From contig JBNJFB010000006.1 in the NCBI GenBank assembly GCA_051746405.1, forward strand, positions 1 through 64,000: 64,000 bases of DNA, read 5' to 3'. The position numbers and the translations under genes are program-made. This DNA is from Campylobacterota bacterium (GTDB lineage: Bacteria > Campylobacterota > Campylobacteria > Campylobacterales > Arcobacteraceae). Positions 27,989 to 38,441 of this stretch are shown piece after piece (the first letter of the stretch is position 1; every line of letters starts with the position of its first letter). Below the pieces are notes generated by a model. The model ran no database searches. It worked only from the letters and a program-made list of their open reading frames with translations, and was not told where the DNA came from.

Positions 27989-28999
27989 ATGTTTAATTTT
28001 TTTAAAAAGAAAAAAGATGATGCAAATAATGATGAATATCAAGAGCAAATAGAAGAACAAAGCCAAAACTCACAAGAAAACAAGAATGATAACTATAAAA
28101 ATGATGACTATAAAGAAGAAGAGAAAAAAGGTTTCTTTTCAAAAGCTTTAGAGAAAACATTTAAAAATATCAAATCTGTTGTTCCAAATAAACAGGAAAA
28201 AATTAGTTTTGAAGATATTGAAGAGATGTTAATTGAAGCAGATATGGAGTATGAAATCATTGAGAAAGCTATGGATGGACTACCTGAAGAGATTAGTAGA
28301 AAACAGTTAAGACATAGACTTGTGATGCTTTTTGAACATGCTCCTGATGTTGATTTATCAAATCTTCCTAAACCTTTTGTAAGACTTATAATAGGTGTAA
28401 ATGGTGCAGGTAAAACCACAACAATTGCGAAACTAGCAAACAGATCACTAAAGAAGAGTAAATCAGTTATATTAGGTGCAGGGGATACATTTAGAGCAGC
28501 TGCTATTGAACAACTTGACTCATGGGCTACAAAACTGGATGTTCCTATTATTAAAACAAAACAAGGTCATGACCCATCTGCTGTTGCATTTGATACAATC
28601 GCTTCTGCAAAAGCAAGAGGTATAGATAATGTAATAATAGATACAGCAGGAAGATTACAAACCCAACAAAACTTAAATAATGAGCTAAAAAAGATAGTAA
28701 AAGTCTGTAATAAGTCTTATGAGGGCTCACCTCATCAAAAACTTATGATTTTAGATGGAACACAAGGTAACACAGCAATAGCCCAAGCAAAAGCATTCAA
28801 TGAAATCATTGGAATTGATGGAATAATAGTAACAAAACTTGATGGTACAGCAAAAGGTGGAGCTCTTTTTTCTATTTCTAATCAACTTGAACTACCAATA
28901 TTTTATGTTGGTGTTGGTGAAAAGCAAGATGACTTAATAGAGTTTAGCCCTGATGATTTTGTTGATAGTTTACTTGATGAAATCTACACATCAGAGTAA
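27989..28999 (+). CDS. ftsY: SRP receptor FtsY
   Basis: GVNGAGKTTTIAKLA, DTFRAAA, DTAGR, TKLDGTAKGG. Confidence 0.97.
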   Translation: MFNFFKKKKDDANNDEYQEQIEEQSQNSQENKNDNYKNDDYKEEEKKGFFSKALEKTFKNIKSVVPNKQEKISFEDIEEMLIEADMEYEIIEKAMDGLPEEISRKQLRHRLVMLFEHAPDVDLSNLPKPFVRLIIGVNGAGKTTTIAKLANRSLKKSKSVILGAGDTFRAAAIEQLDSWATKLDVPIIKTKQGHDPSAVAFDTIASAKARGIDNVIIDTAGRLQTQQNLNNELKKIVKVCNKSYEGSPHQKLMILDGTQGNTAIAQAKAFNEIIGIDGIIVTKLDGTAKGGALFSISNQLELPIFYVGVGEKQDDLIEFSPDDFVDSLLDEIYTSE

Positions 29000-29016
29000 T
29001 TAACAAAGGTATTTGT

Positions 29017-29913
29017 TTGATTTTTGATTTTATAAAAACAAACAAATACTTAAGTATACTTTTTCTATTTGTAATAGTATCTATACTTACCCTTTTTTAT
29101 ATTCAATCAAATCATAACAATAATAATAAGCTAATATCGAAGCTAGAAAACTCTTTGATTTTTACTAAAAATCTTCTTGAAGAAGAGAAGAAATATGCCC
29201 TATCATTGGCCATACTACTACGTGAAGATAAAGAGATTTTCAACTCTTTTTTAAAAAAAGATAGAAAAGAGACATTTAAGTTAGTAAATAAAAAAATTCA
29301 AACATTAAAAAGACTACAAGATAGCCATACACAAGTTCAAATACACAACAAAGACTTAACTACTTACATTAGAAGTTGGAACTTAAATATCAAAGACACT
29401 CCCCTAGAGTCATTTAGAAAAGGGCTTGTAAAAGTAAAAAATTCAAAAAAACCAATTGTTTCAATAGAGCTTGGTAAAAGATTAAATATAAAAGCTATCT
29501 CACCTTTTATCAAAAACAGTAAATACTTAGGTTCTATTGAAGTTATAATAGGGTTTGATGGATTAACAAAAAAGTTAAAACAAAACAGTCTTGATATGTA
29601 TGTTCTTTTAAATAATAGATTTCTAAAAATAGCTACAGATGAAAGAAACAAACCAAAAATTGATAACTACACTTTAATAAATGATATAAGCATGGATAAG
29701 CTTAAAAATTTAAATTTAAATAATCTAGAAGATTATGGATACTTCACACATAACAATCATCCTTTTGCTTACTTTTCAATTTATAGTCTAAAAAGAGAAA
29801 AGTTGGGGTATATTTTAATATCATTAGAAGATAAAGAGAAAACAAACATCAAAAATAGTTCATATAAAAAACAGATTAATAGTTTAAAAAACGGAGTAGT
29901 TATAATAGAATGA
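29017..29913 (+). CDS. Membrane-anchored Cache-domain protein without output domain
   Basis: One N-terminal TM; RSW...FRKGL...IELGK..IKAISP...GSIEV Cache pattern; 4-nt overlap with the response regulator. Confidence 0.65.
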   Translation: MIFDFIKTNKYLSILFLFVIVSILTLFYIQSNHNNNNKLISKLENSLIFTKNLLEEEKKYALSLAILLREDKEIFNSFLKKDRKETFKLVNKKIQTLKRLQDSHTQVQIHNKDLTTYIRSWNLNIKDTPLESFRKGLVKVKNSKKPIVSIELGKRLNIKAISPFIKNSKYLGSIEVIIGFDGLTKKLKQNSLDMYVLLNNRFLKIATDERNKPKIDNYTLINDISMDKLKNLNLNNLEDYGYFTHNNHPFAYFSIYSLKREKLGYILISLEDKEKTNIKNSSYKKQINSLKNGVVIIE

Positions 29914-30572
29914 AAATAGTTTTGTTAGAGGATGATTTAGATTATAAAGAGACTATAAAAGAGTATTTAGAGTCACTAAAATATAGTGTTGATGACTTTG
30001 AAGATGGACAAGAGGCTTTAGATGCTATTTATGAAAACCATTATCACTTACTAATATTAGATATTAGAGTTCCTAGTTTAAATGGATATGAACTAGTAAA
30101 ACAGATTAAAAGTGATAATATAAATATACCTATTATTTTTATAACCTCTTTAACAGATATAAATAATCTAAGCTTAGGCTATGAACTTGGTTGTAATGAT
30201 TATATAAAAAAGCCTTTTTCTCCTAAAGAGTTAAAATATAGGGTCGAACAGTTAATTAAATCTTTCTATTTTTCAACCACAAAGGAGTATGTGGAGTTAA
30301 CAAATGACTTTCTATACGAACCTGTAAATAAAGAACTTTTAAAAGATAGTAAAAAAATTGAGCTTACAAAAAAAGAGCAAGAGATAGTATTTTGTCTGCT
30401 ATCATATAAAAATCAGTTTGTAAGTATTGATAAACTTAGATTTGAAGTGTGGAATGATAAATTTATAAATGAGTCTGATATAAGAGTTTGTATAAAAAAT
30501 ATTAGACAAAAGACATTTAAAGAGTTTATCTTAAATAAACGTGGTGTTGGATATAAAATTGAAAGAGCTTAA
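29910..30572 (+). CDS. OmpR-family response regulator
   Basis: LLEDD, ILDI, GCNDYIKKPF, winged-helix end RGVGYK. Confidence 0.92.
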   Translation: MKIVLLEDDLDYKETIKEYLESLKYSVDDFEDGQEALDAIYENHYHLLILDIRVPSLNGYELVKQIKSDNINIPIIFITSLTDINNLSLGYELGCNDYIKKPFSPKELKYRVEQLIKSFYFSTTKEYVELTNDFLYEPVNKELLKDSKKIELTKKEQEIVFCLLSYKNQFVSIDKLRFEVWNDKFINESDIRVCIKNIRQKTFKEFILNKRGVGYKIERA

Positions 30573-31689
30573 TTCAAAAAAACATCTTATAAGATTAAGT
30601 ACACTCTATACCTTTACTATTATTATTCTTATAATAATACCAAGTTATTTATATATGACAAGTGAGATAAATAGCTATAAATTTAATCAATACAAAAAAA
30701 TAGATGCATATAGTTTAAGTATTCAAAGGGCTATTTATGATTTTAATAACTCAAAAAGCAACATCTTTAGATTTCCTAAATCGTTTTTTGTTGATGCTTA
30801 TTTATTAAATGAGAATGAAAAGATAATATTTTCAAATACAAAAGAGAAAAAGAGTGCACAAAGAAGTATCACTAAAAAAGTAAACTTAAGCCAAAATAGA
30901 TTAGGTGCAAAATATCTTATATTAGAAAAGTCATACTCATACTTTAATATCTATATAAAAATAGCTATTTTAGCAATAAGTATACTCTTTTTTATTTTTA
31001 TTTCTGGCTATTTAATCATAAAACAAAGCATAACACCCTATCAAAAAGTAAATAGATATCTTGATGCATTTTTTAATGATGCCATGCATGAGTTAAAAAC
31101 ACCTTTAGGAATTATTCAATTAAATCTAGAGATTTTAAAAGAGAAGCAAAGCTCAAAAGAGTTAAATAGGTCATTAAATGCAGTGAAAAATCTTAATATT
31201 ATTTATGAAGATATTGAGTATCTAATAAAATATAAAAAAGTCAACTATACAAAACAGAGAGTTAATTTCTCTACTTTTTTACAAGATAGAGTTGATATGT
31301 TAAATGATTTAGCTCTTAGTAAAAACATTGAGTTAAAATCATATATACAAAAAAATCTAATTATTGAAATAAATAGAGTTGAACTTCAAAGGATAATTGA
31401 TAACACAATATCAAATGCTATAAAATACTCAAATAAAAAAAGCTGTGTGGAAATTTTTTTAGAGTATAGAAATAATTACTTAACTTTTATTGTTAGAGAT
31501 TATGGCAAGGGCATAAAAAATACTTCAAAAATTTTTGATAGATATTACAAAGAAGACTCTATAAAAGGTGGTTTTGGTATTGGACTTAACATAGTGAAAA
31601 ATATATGTACTAAAAATAGTATTGATATTATATGTAACTCAAAAGAGCAAGAGGGAACCACCTTTACCTATACTTTTTTAAATACTTAA
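30541..31689 (+). CDS. Sensor histidine kinase (start may be TTG 30559)
   Basis: Two TM segments, AMHELKTPL, NAIKYS, DYGKGI, GFGIGL. Confidence 0.9.
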   Translation: MVLDIKLKELNSKKHLIRLSTLYTFTIIILIIIPSYLYMTSEINSYKFNQYKKIDAYSLSIQRAIYDFNNSKSNIFRFPKSFFVDAYLLNENEKIIFSNTKEKKSAQRSITKKVNLSQNRLGAKYLILEKSYSYFNIYIKIAILAISILFFIFISGYLIIKQSITPYQKVNRYLDAFFNDAMHELKTPLGIIQLNLEILKEKQSSKELNRSLNAVKNLNIIYEDIEYLIKYKKVNYTKQRVNFSTFLQDRVDMLNDLALSKNIELKSYIQKNLIIEINRVELQRIIDNTISNAIKYSNKKSCVEIFLEYRNNYLTFIVRDYGKGIKNTSKIFDRYYKEDSIKGGFGIGLNIVKNICTKNSIDIICNSKEQEGTTFTYTFLNT

Positions 31690-31775
31690 TTTTTTCTTAA
31701 AATCACTTTAAAAAAACTAACTTTATTTTTACAATGTAGTGTTAATATAACTTCAAACCAACAAGGAGTTTACCC

Positions 31776-32690
31776 ATGAAAAAAACTATATTATTAGTAG
31801 CTTTAACATCGTCTTTAGTTTTTGCCTCATTACCTGATGCACCAAAAGAGTATCCAAAAGGAGAAATTGGAAAATTAGTAAAAATAGGTGAAGATATTAT
31901 GAACAATACAGATACTCACCCACTTACAAAAGATCTTGTAGGTAATAAACTGCAGTGTAAAAGTTGTCACTTACAAGGTGACGATGGAAGACCTGGAACA
32001 GCCAAAGGTATTTCAAGCTGGATTGGAACAGCAGCTGCATTTCCTGCATGGTCAAAAAGAGAAAAAACTGTTCAAACACTACAAGATAGATCAAATAACT
32101 GCTTTATGAGAAGTATGAATGGTAAAAGACCTATTATTGATAGTAAAGCAAGTGTTGCTATGGCTGCTTACATAACGTGGCTATCAGAGGGTATGGAAAT
32201 AAAAATGAATGAAAAAGGACCATGGAGTGATCATAATACAAAGCTATATCCAAAGGCTGTTAAGAAATTTAAAAAGATTCAAAAAAATGCAACCCATGAA
32301 AACTATTTAGCAGGAAAAGAGATTTATATAAAACAGTGTGCGTCATGTCATGGAGCAAATGGTGAGGGTGTAGCTACTTTTCCTCCATTATGGGGTAAAG
32401 GACTTAGTTATAACACAGGTGCTGGTATGAGTAAACTAGATAAAGGTGCAGCTTGGGTTAAATCAAATATGCCATTAGGACAAGGCAACTCTATGAGTGA
32501 CCAAGAAGTAGCAGATGTAGTTTTATATATGAATGCACAAGAAAGAGACTCATTTGACCTTCAAAAAAGACTTCTTCCAAAAGAAGAAATGGGATACTAC
32601 AACTCAAAAGTTTTAGAAGAAAAACATACAGTTGAAAGTAATTTCAAAGCATTAGGTCTTGATTTAAATGAGATTAAAAACGGTAAATAA
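31776..32690 (+). CDS. tsdA: Dihaem thiosulfate dehydrogenase / tetrathionate reductase TsdA
   Basis: Signal peptide, CKSCH and CASCH, NNCFMRSMNG with the catalytic Cys, FPPLWG..SYNTGAGM, NMPLG. Confidence 0.88.
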   Translation: MKKTILLVALTSSLVFASLPDAPKEYPKGEIGKLVKIGEDIMNNTDTHPLTKDLVGNKLQCKSCHLQGDDGRPGTAKGISSWIGTAAAFPAWSKREKTVQTLQDRSNNCFMRSMNGKRPIIDSKASVAMAAYITWLSEGMEIKMNEKGPWSDHNTKLYPKAVKKFKKIQKNATHENYLAGKEIYIKQCASCHGANGEGVATFPPLWGKGLSYNTGAGMSKLDKGAAWVKSNMPLGQGNSMSDQEVADVVLYMNAQERDSFDLQKRLLPKEEMGYYNSKVLEEKHTVESNFKALGLDLNEIKNGK

Positions 32691-32716
32691 AGAGAGTTTC
32701 TCTCTTTATTTTTTTG
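32685..32716. terminator. Bidirectional intrinsic terminator between tsdA and the DsrE-like gene
   Basis: AAATAAAGAGAG-TTT-CTCTCTTTATTT followed by a T run, between convergent genes. Confidence 0.75.
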
Positions 32717-32718
32717 TT

Positions 32719-33216
32719 TTAAAAGATAGGAACTAACTTATAATCTTGAGTTTGCCACCCAATTAAAGATATAAAACCATCTGCTACAATATCCATCTGC
32801 TTTGGTATATTTTCATTATTCACATTAAATACATCTGTGGCAACAGCACAAACTTCCATTCTAACACCTAACTTTGAAAATGCTTTAATAGATTTTTGAA
32901 TAGAGTTTAAATACTCTTCATTTGCCATTTCAAAAGCCTCATCTTGCTTTTTGCTTAAAAACTTTACTGTTTTACCAATAAATACAAGTACCATTTTAGG
33001 TTCAACCCCTTGGTTGACTAATCCCTTGTGAGTACCTTGGATAATATCTAAGTAAAATGCTGTTTTTCTAACATCTGTAAAGTCTATTAAAAATACACTT
33101 TTTGCTTTTTTTATTCCATTTAATGCAACTTTATCATTAATCTCTTTTGCATTTAAACTATTTAATGCAAATAAACTAAAAACTAAAACTAAAATAGCTT
33201 TATTTAATAATCTCAT
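32719..33216 (-). CDS. Exported DsrE-family protein
   Basis: Start MRLLNK (33216) after AAGGAG; signal peptide; GVRMEVCAVA and GFISLIGWQTQDY. Confidence 0.75.
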   Translation of the reverse strand: MRLLNKAILVLVFSLFALNSLNAKEINDKVALNGIKKAKSVFLIDFTDVRKTAFYLDIIQGTHKGLVNQGVEPKMVLVFIGKTVKFLSKKQDEAFEMANEEYLNSIQKSIKAFSKLGVRMEVCAVATDVFNVNNENIPKQMDIVADGFISLIGWQTQDYKLVPIF

Positions 33217-33253
33217 AACTCTCCTTTGATAATTTAAACTTATTATATTATAT

Positions 33254-33814
33254 TTAAGATAAGAAGTTAGATATCTTTCTAAAGTATTTTTCAATTCCAT
33301 TAAAAGAGTGGTTACCACCCTGTTCTATTACTAAATTAGTATCTTTTAATCTCTCTTTAGCTTGTTTAAAATCCAGTACCTCATCATCTGTTTGCAATAG
33401 TGTCATAATATTTTGCGGTTTTTTTAATTTTGGTACTTCATAGTTTTTCAAAGACAAAATATGTAAGTGATTAAACTCAAACTTTGTATTATCATAATAG
33501 TTTTCAACAAACTCAACACCCTCATATGAATCAAGTGTATTCATAGGGTCAACTGCTGGATTTATTAATACTACTTTTAAATCATATTTATTAGCTAAAT
33601 ATATTGCATAATAACCACCAAGAGAAGAGCCCACTAAAGATACTTTTTCATTTTTATATAAAAAAGCTTCTATTATTTGCTCTAGTGTATTTATTGCTAG
33701 ATTTGGTATATTTGACAGACTAGGTATTATAATTTCATCTTCAAAATACTCTTTAAACTTTAATGCTTTTGAACCAAATGCACTACTTGCAAATCCATGT
33801 ATGTAAATAGTCAT
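33254..33814 (-). CDS. YqiA/YcfP-family esterase
   Basis: IYIHGFASS, GSSLGG, INPAV, GGNHSF. Confidence 0.9.
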   Translation of the reverse strand: MTIYIHGFASSAFGSKALKFKEYFEDEIIIPSLSNIPNLAINTLEQIIEAFLYKNEKVSLVGSSLGGYYAIYLANKYDLKVVLINPAVDPMNTLDSYEGVEFVENYYDNTKFEFNHLHILSLKNYEVPKLKKPQNIMTLLQTDDEVLDFKQAKERLKDTNLVIEQGGNHSFNGIEKYFRKISNFLS

Positions 33815-34971
33815 ACAACTCCCTTTTTTTTATTTTTTAAATTTTTATTTTTTAAAACTTTTAAATGTTTAGAAGCTAAAGCATAACCACCATTTGAACC
33901 ATCTATAAAGTGTACATGCTTTCCATGTCTTTGAAATATCAAGCATGTCATCAAAGAGGACTGGGATTTATGAATTCCATAAACTAACTTTCCATTCTCA
34001 TATTGTAGTTTTAAATACTTTTCTAGTTTTGCTGTTTGTTCTTTATTCACTGCAACTACCATTCTTAATATATCATCAAACTTTTCATTATCAATAGTGG
34101 AGACTATTCTATTTTTATATGAACCCCAATTCGAAATTTTATTATCCATTAATATCTTACCTATTAGATTTATTAGTCTTAACTTTTGGACAATAATAAA
34201 CCTCATTATCTTACTTTTTGCCATAACTGCTGCTTCCACATCTAAATCTTCATTTTTAAAACTTAGCAGTAAATTCTCACTAACTACTGGTTTTCTTATT
34301 TTATTGCTACCTAGAATATTCTCTAAGTCTTCTAAAATTGTCAAGTAATATTTAGGTTCCAAAGCCTCAATTAGTATGGTTAGATTCTCTTGCTTTGGTG
34401 TTTTTACACTCTCCCATCTACACTCTAAACCTGATAAATCAATATGAAAGTTCTCATTCTCTTTGTCTTTTATGTAATATGTTTTATCTTTTTTTAAAAG
34501 TTTATCTGCAAAACTAAGACCACCACCTTTTATCATAGCTTGTGTTGAGTTGTTTGAGACTTTATACTTAAATACTAAAACCTCTTTATTATTTCTGTAT
34601 ATATGTACTATTGGAATAATACCAATTCTTAAATCAAGCCCATAGCTTTGCTTTGCTATATTTTTAACTTTTATTAACGCTTGTTTTGTACTTTTTAAAA
34701 TATCATTTGGTATCAATAAAAAAGAGCCATCTCCTCCAAATACAAAAGGAATATCAAGCTGCTTATCAATATTTAATATAGAGATAATACTCATAGCAGC
34801 AATTATATTTATCTCTTTGTATTTGCCTTTAGCTATTTGATTTGTAGAATCAACCACATCAGTTGCCACAACAAACCAATTGCTAGGTACAGATTTATAG
34901 TTTGAGTTTTCAAATATACTTGAGAAACTATTTACTGCTTTTATATCTTTGTAGAAGTCTTTATTACTCAT
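33811..34971 (-). CDS. DUF3095 family protein
   Basis: DVVDST, FVFGGDG, DLSGLECRW, KFDDILRMV, HVHFIDG..GGYALA. Confidence 0.8.
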   Translation of the reverse strand: MSNKDFYKDIKAVNSFSSIFENSNYKSVPSNWFVVATDVVDSTNQIAKGKYKEINIIAAMSIISILNIDKQLDIPFVFGGDGSFLLIPNDILKSTKQALIKVKNIAKQSYGLDLRIGIIPIVHIYRNNKEVLVFKYKVSNNSTQAMIKGGGLSFADKLLKKDKTYYIKDKENENFHIDLSGLECRWESVKTPKQENLTILIEALEPKYYLTILEDLENILGSNKIRKPVVSENLLLSFKNEDLDVEAAVMAKSKIMRFIIVQKLRLINLIGKILMDNKISNWGSYKNRIVSTIDNEKFDDILRMVVAVNKEQTAKLEKYLKLQYENGKLVYGIHKSQSSLMTCLIFQRHGKHVHFIDGSNGGYALASKHLKVLKNKNLKNKKKGVV

Positions 34972-35091
34972 ATTTTTCCTAAAACTTTTTTACAATATAA
35001 CATTATTTTAATTACAATTTGTTATCTTTTCTTTTTTAAAGAAAACTTTATGATAAGATACACTTTAATAAACCCTTTATAGGAAAGATTT

Positions 35092-36441
35092 ATGGCAAAA
35101 AAGAGAAAAACCCTATTTGAGTGTCAGCACTGTGGAGAACAAGCTACTAAATGGCTTGGGAAGTGTCCAAACTGTGGAGGTTGGGATAGCTTTGTTGAGT
35201 TAAACCAAGAGCAACAAGAGATATTAAAGCAAACTACAAAAGTAGTAAATAGTAGCTCAAAAGCAAAACCTATTACACAAATAAAACAAGATGATATTAC
35301 AAGGTTTAGTTCATACAATGATGAGTTTGATTTAGTATTAGGTGGTGGAATTGTACCTGGGTCTTTAACACTAATAGGAGGAAGTCCTGGTGTTGGGAAA
35401 TCAACACTTTTATTAAAGGTTGCAGGAAGTATTGCAAGCTCAAATAAAAAGGTACTTTATGTATCGGGTGAAGAGAGTGCTGGGCAGATAAAACTAAGAG
35501 CTAATAGGTTAGATGCAAACAGTGAAAACCTAATGCTTCTAAATGAGATAAAACTAGAAGAGATTCAAGATGAGTTTTTAAGACAAGATTATGATGTGGC
35601 AATAATTGACTCTATTCAAACAATCTACTCATCAAATCTTACAAGTGCTCCTGGTAGTGTAAGTCAAGTAAGGGAGATTACTTTTGAGCTTATGAGAAAA
35701 GCAAAAGAGTCAGATATTGCTATGTTTATAATTGGTCATATTACAAAAGATGGTTCTATTGCAGGACCTAGAGTCTTAGAACATATGGTTGATACAGTTT
35801 TATATTTTGAGGGTGAAGCCTCAAAAGAGCTTAGAATGTTAAGAGGTTTTAAAAACAGATTTGGAAGTACTTCTGAAATTGGAATTTTTGAAATGACTCA
35901 AGAGGGATTAATAAGTGCAAAAGATATTGCATCAAAATTTTTTGATAAATCAAAAGCTCAAAGTGGTTCAGCTCTTACTGTATCTATGGAGGGAAGTCGT
36001 GCATTAATTCTTGAAGTACAAGCATTAGTTACTGAAAGTACCCATCCTAATCCAAAAAGAAGTGCCACAGGTTTTGATGTAAATAGATTAAATATGCTTT
36101 TAGCTTTACTTGAAAAGAAAATAGACTTACCACTAAATCACTATGATGTATTTGTAAATATAAGTGGTGGAATAAAAATCAAAGAAAGCTCCGCAGATTT
36201 AGCTGTGATTGCAGCTATAATCTCTTCTTTTAGGGATAGACCTATTTCTAAGGAGTCAACTTTTATAGGAGAGGTGTCATTAACAGGTGAGATTAAAGAT
36301 GTTTACTCTATTGATATGAGACTAAAAGAGGCACAAGCCCAAGGGATAAAAAAAGCCATAATTGCTCAAAAACCATCAATAGATTTAAAAATTAAATGTT
36401 TTGCTGTTGATGATGTACCTAAAATGATTGAACTATTTTAA
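35092..36441 (+). CDS. radA: DNA repair protein RadA/Sms
   Basis: C4 zinc finger, GGSPGVGKST, KNRFG. Confidence 0.97.
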   Translation: MAKKRKTLFECQHCGEQATKWLGKCPNCGGWDSFVELNQEQQEILKQTTKVVNSSSKAKPITQIKQDDITRFSSYNDEFDLVLGGGIVPGSLTLIGGSPGVGKSTLLLKVAGSIASSNKKVLYVSGEESAGQIKLRANRLDANSENLMLLNEIKLEEIQDEFLRQDYDVAIIDSIQTIYSSNLTSAPGSVSQVREITFELMRKAKESDIAMFIIGHITKDGSIAGPRVLEHMVDTVLYFEGEASKELRMLRGFKNRFGSTSEIGIFEMTQEGLISAKDIASKFFDKSKAQSGSALTVSMEGSRALILEVQALVTESTHPNPKRSATGFDVNRLNMLLALLEKKIDLPLNHYDVFVNISGGIKIKESSADLAVIAAIISSFRDRPISKESTFIGEVSLTGEIKDVYSIDMRLKEAQAQGIKKAIIAQKPSIDLKIKCFAVDDVPKMIELF

Positions 36442-36490
36442 CTATTAATTTAAAAGTTTTAGATATAATCGCGATTAATAAAGGTGATTA

Positions 36491-36910
36491 ATGATTGATA
36501 TTGAAAATAACACTTCTTTGAAAATTGATGAAGTAAAGTTAGAAAAAATAGCTAATGAAGTAACAAATAAAGATATTGAGCTTATAGTAACAAATAATAT
36601 AAATATTCAAAGCTTAAATAAAGAGCATAGAAATATAGATAAACCAACAGATGTATTAAGTTTTCCTTTGGAGTTTGATTTACCTAATATGCCAGTTGGT
36701 TCTATTGTAATAAGCGAAGATTTTGTAAAAGAGAAATCAAAAGAGTATGGTCATACAAATCAAGAAGAGTTTTTTTTACTTTTTATTCATGGAGTTTTAC
36801 ATCTTATAGGGTATGACCATGAGATTGATAATGGTGAGCATAGAGACAAGGAAGAAGAGTTGATTAATAAGTTTAATTTACCCAAAAGTTTGATAGTAAG
36901 GAACTCATAA
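36491..36910 (+). CDS. ybeY: rRNA maturation endoribonuclease YbeY
   Basis: TDVLSFP, HGVLHLIGYDH. Confidence 0.95.
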   Translation: MIDIENNTSLKIDEVKLEKIANEVTNKDIELIVTNNINIQSLNKEHRNIDKPTDVLSFPLEFDLPNMPVGSIVISEDFVKEKSKEYGHTNQEEFFLLFIHGVLHLIGYDHEIDNGEHRDKEEELINKFNLPKSLIVRNS

Positions 36911-37828
36911 ATGGATTTTATTATATTCACAGTGGCTATGGCTGCACTTATATATGGGGCAGATTTTATTATTGTACAAAGTGAAAAAATAGCACTTCGT
37001 TATAATATCTCACACTTTGTAATTGGTGCTACTCTTATAGCCCTTGGTACTTCTTTACCTGAAATGGCTGTATCTATTTCAGCTTCAATGAAAGGAAGTG
37101 CAGATATTGCAGTTGCAAATGTAATTGGAAGTACTATTTTTAATATTGCTTTAGTTTTAGGGGTAGTATTTTTAATAGCAAAAAAAATCTCTCCTAAAAG
37201 GGACCTTTTTGCAAAGGACTCAGCATGGTCACTTTTCCCTATTTTAGTTTTTATTCTTATGGCACTTGATGGGAAACTAAATATTGTAGATGGTATTTTA
37301 TTTATATTTTTAATGATTGCATATTTGATATTTTTAATTAATTCAAATCAAGTTGATATTGATGATGATATAGAAAAAGAGAAGTTTGCATGGGGTAAAT
37401 CAATACTACTACTATCAATTGGATTTATATTTGTTGTTGGTGGTGCTGATTTTGCTATTGATAGTGCTGGGAATATTGCAAGAGAGTTTGGAATTAGTGA
37501 ATGGATTATTGGATTGTTTTTAGTTGCATTTGGAACTTCACTTCCAGAATTAGCTATTTCAATAAAATCAGCAATGAAAAATAATGCAGATTTAGCTATT
37601 GGTAATATTATTGGCTCAAATGTTGCCAATTTTACTATGGTACTTGGGGTTGCTTCTATTATAAACCCTTTAAATGTAAACTTAAATGTAAACTTTTTTG
37701 ATGTGGCAGCAGCAGCCATTTTATCACTGATGCTAGTGTTTATAACAGCTAATAGATTATATAATAAAAGTGCGGGAATTGTTTTAATGGTAGTTTTAGG
37801 GTTAGTTATACAAAATAGTTTAGCCTAG
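36911..37828 (+). CDS. Calcium/sodium antiporter (YrbG-like)
   Basis: Duplicated GTSLPE and GS..N alpha-repeats. Confidence 0.9.
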   Translation: MDFIIFTVAMAALIYGADFIIVQSEKIALRYNISHFVIGATLIALGTSLPEMAVSISASMKGSADIAVANVIGSTIFNIALVLGVVFLIAKKISPKRDLFAKDSAWSLFPILVFILMALDGKLNIVDGILFIFLMIAYLIFLINSNQVDIDDDIEKEKFAWGKSILLLSIGFIFVVGGADFAIDSAGNIAREFGISEWIIGLFLVAFGTSLPELAISIKSAMKNNADLAIGNIIGSNVANFTMVLGVASIINPLNVNLNVNFFDVAAAAILSLMLVFITANRLYNKSAGIVLMVVLGLVIQNSLA

Positions 37829-37834
37829 GCTAAA

Positions 37835-38239
37835 CTATTTCGCACACTCTTTACACTCTCCAGAGAATACAACATCTAAACTTTCGATTTTAAAGCCACT
37901 TTTTTCAGAAGCTTCATTGGATATAATACTAGTATCTAAAGTAACATCTTCAATACTATTACAAGATGAACAAACTAAGTGAGCGTGCTCTTCTTTTACT
38001 AACTCATATACAGATTTTGAATTTGGTATTTTAACTTCCCAAAGAAATATTTTATCTATCATTGCATTAATATTTTTATAAATTGTTGCTAATGAAATAG
38101 AAGGGAATTTTTCCAAAAGTTTTTTATATAAATCATCTATATTCATGTGACCATTAGTATCTAATTGTTCTACGATGGCTACTCTTTGAGGTGTAACTTT
38201 TAAATCATAGTTTTTTAATAAATTTGTATAATTCATCAT
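37835..38239 (-). CDS. Fur-family regulator, probably PerR-like
   Basis: LKVTPQR, SLATIYK, HAHLVCSSC, CKEC; divergent from rubrerythrin. Confidence 0.85.
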   Translation of the reverse strand: MMNYTNLLKNYDLKVTPQRVAIVEQLDTNGHMNIDDLYKKLLEKFPSISLATIYKNINAMIDKIFLWEVKIPNSKSVYELVKEEHAHLVCSSCNSIEDVTLDTSIISNEASEKSGFKIESLDVVFSGECKECAK

Positions 38240-38441
38240 AGCTTTTTCCTTTCGTGAAATGATACACAATTTAACTTTTAATTTTTATAAATAGAATAAA
38301 ATTTTGTTATAATAGTACCATGGCAATATTATAGCATATTTTTTATCAAATGCAAATAATTTTCCTTTAAGGTTAATTGTTTTATAATTTTGCCAAAGGA
38401 AAAATATTTTCCTATAATAAATTATATTAAAAAGGATTTGC

